DNA from: Sminthopsis crassicaudata
Lineage: Eukaryota
Length of the DNA: 64,000 nucleotides
Assembly (NCBI RefSeq): GCF_048593235.1
Contig: NC_133621.1
Location: forward strand, 299,965,146-300,029,145
Reading direction: 5' to 3'
Shown in pieces: positions 62,991 to 64,000 of this stretch; position 1 is the stretch's first letter, and each line of letters starts with the position of its first letter. Both the position numbers and the translations under genes were made by a program. The notes beneath the pieces are model-generated. The model searched no databases. It worked only from the letters and a program-made list of their open reading frames with translations, and was not told the origin of the DNA.

Positions 62991-64000
62991 AAGGGATCTA
63001 GAAGGAGGCATTATTAACAATCCATTGAGCAACCCCATCCTGAACCTCTTTCTTGACAGCCACCTTCAGGAATCTGCTAAGTTCCGTGCATAGAGCCAAG
63101 ATGAGAAACTAAATGGAATGGATTTGAGTGCCTTTGGGTGAAGAGGCTCCATTCCAAGGAGCATGTCCCAATCTTAAGTTCTGTTAGCTATTACAGCTGC
63201 TATTGAGAGGAGAAGTGATTGTAGAGAAGGGCCTATCTCATTACAACCTGATGTTGCTGCTGAATGACTCCTACCGACAAGCAGACACAGGAGCCAGGGG
63301 ATCCCCTCACCCTATTCTAGTACCACTATCAGTCATGCTTACAGAGACCTGTCCAGTGTCCTCTGCACAGGTACCTCCTGAGAACAAAGGGCCATTCCCC
63401 ACTATTACGATGTTCTGACAGGAGCATCAGGATAACCCTGGGGCAGTTAGGCAAATCAGGCTGCCACCACCCTGACATGTCCCTTCAAACTCTGATGGAG
63501 GCAATCCAGGAGCCTGAGCCTAAGAATCTTAAGGAACAGCCACGTTAGCAGCCCTGTGCTCCCTCCTCCTCTACCCCCTCATCCCCTTTCTGGAAAGCTT
63601 CCCTTGAGGAGATACAGCCTGGGAATGGTTTCTTTCTACAGAGGCTGCAGCAGCCATAGCTCTGGAAACCCCAGAAAGGAGGATCCTTATCACCAAAGCC
63701 TTTAGCTCTGGCCACCATGTGACAGTACAACATCAGAAATATATCAGTGATAAATATTAGAGATAAAGCAGTTCTCATTGTGGCAGCAAAGAACTGGAAA
63801 TTGCAGGGATGATGTCAATGGGGAATGGCTGAACAAATTTTGGTATATGATTGTAATGGACTATTATGGTGTAAGAAATGAGTTCAATGATCTTAGAAAA
63901 ACATGGATAGGCTTGTGTGATGTTTAAAAGGATCATTTGGTCATTTCATGGACCAAAGACCTGTGGTGGTGGTGGGCTTACTGTACAGGACTTACATGTC

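Noticed and set aside
60850-64000. TOMM22, expected next by synteny
   Set aside because: No CpG island or TOMM22-like peptide; region is L1/SINE-rich.

Overview
Mammalian genomic DNA, most likely marsupial (inferred from CORE-SINE/Mar1-type SINEs, marsupial-type L1 3' ends and abundant L2/MIR). Gene order matches the (DMC1)-FAM227A-CBY1 block. It contains: (1) a CpG-island promoter at ~5 kb, probably DMC1 by synteny only, with no DMC1 coding exon found; (2) a 13-exon FAM227A CDS on the minus strand (35473->11335, ~510 aa as reconstructed) with two introns bearing minor-spliceosome (U12) signatures, one of them AT-AC; (3) two intact tandem copies of Chibby/CBY1 on the plus strand (40440-49280 and 55591-60649, 127 aa each), from a tandem duplication (~36.3-49.4 kb and ~49.4-60.8 kb) that also copied the FAM227A/CBY1 bidirectional promoter. 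Identity between the copies is a mosaic (~70-75% to ~98%, by eye), suggesting an old duplication with later gene conversion. Copy A has a decayed betaretrovirus-like provirus in an intron. Both copies have a 36-bp in-frame array that multiplies the exon-3 splice donor, with different unit numbers. There are two assembly gaps (30311-30444, 50346-50547). All homology calls rest on recalled protein sequences and were not checked by database search.
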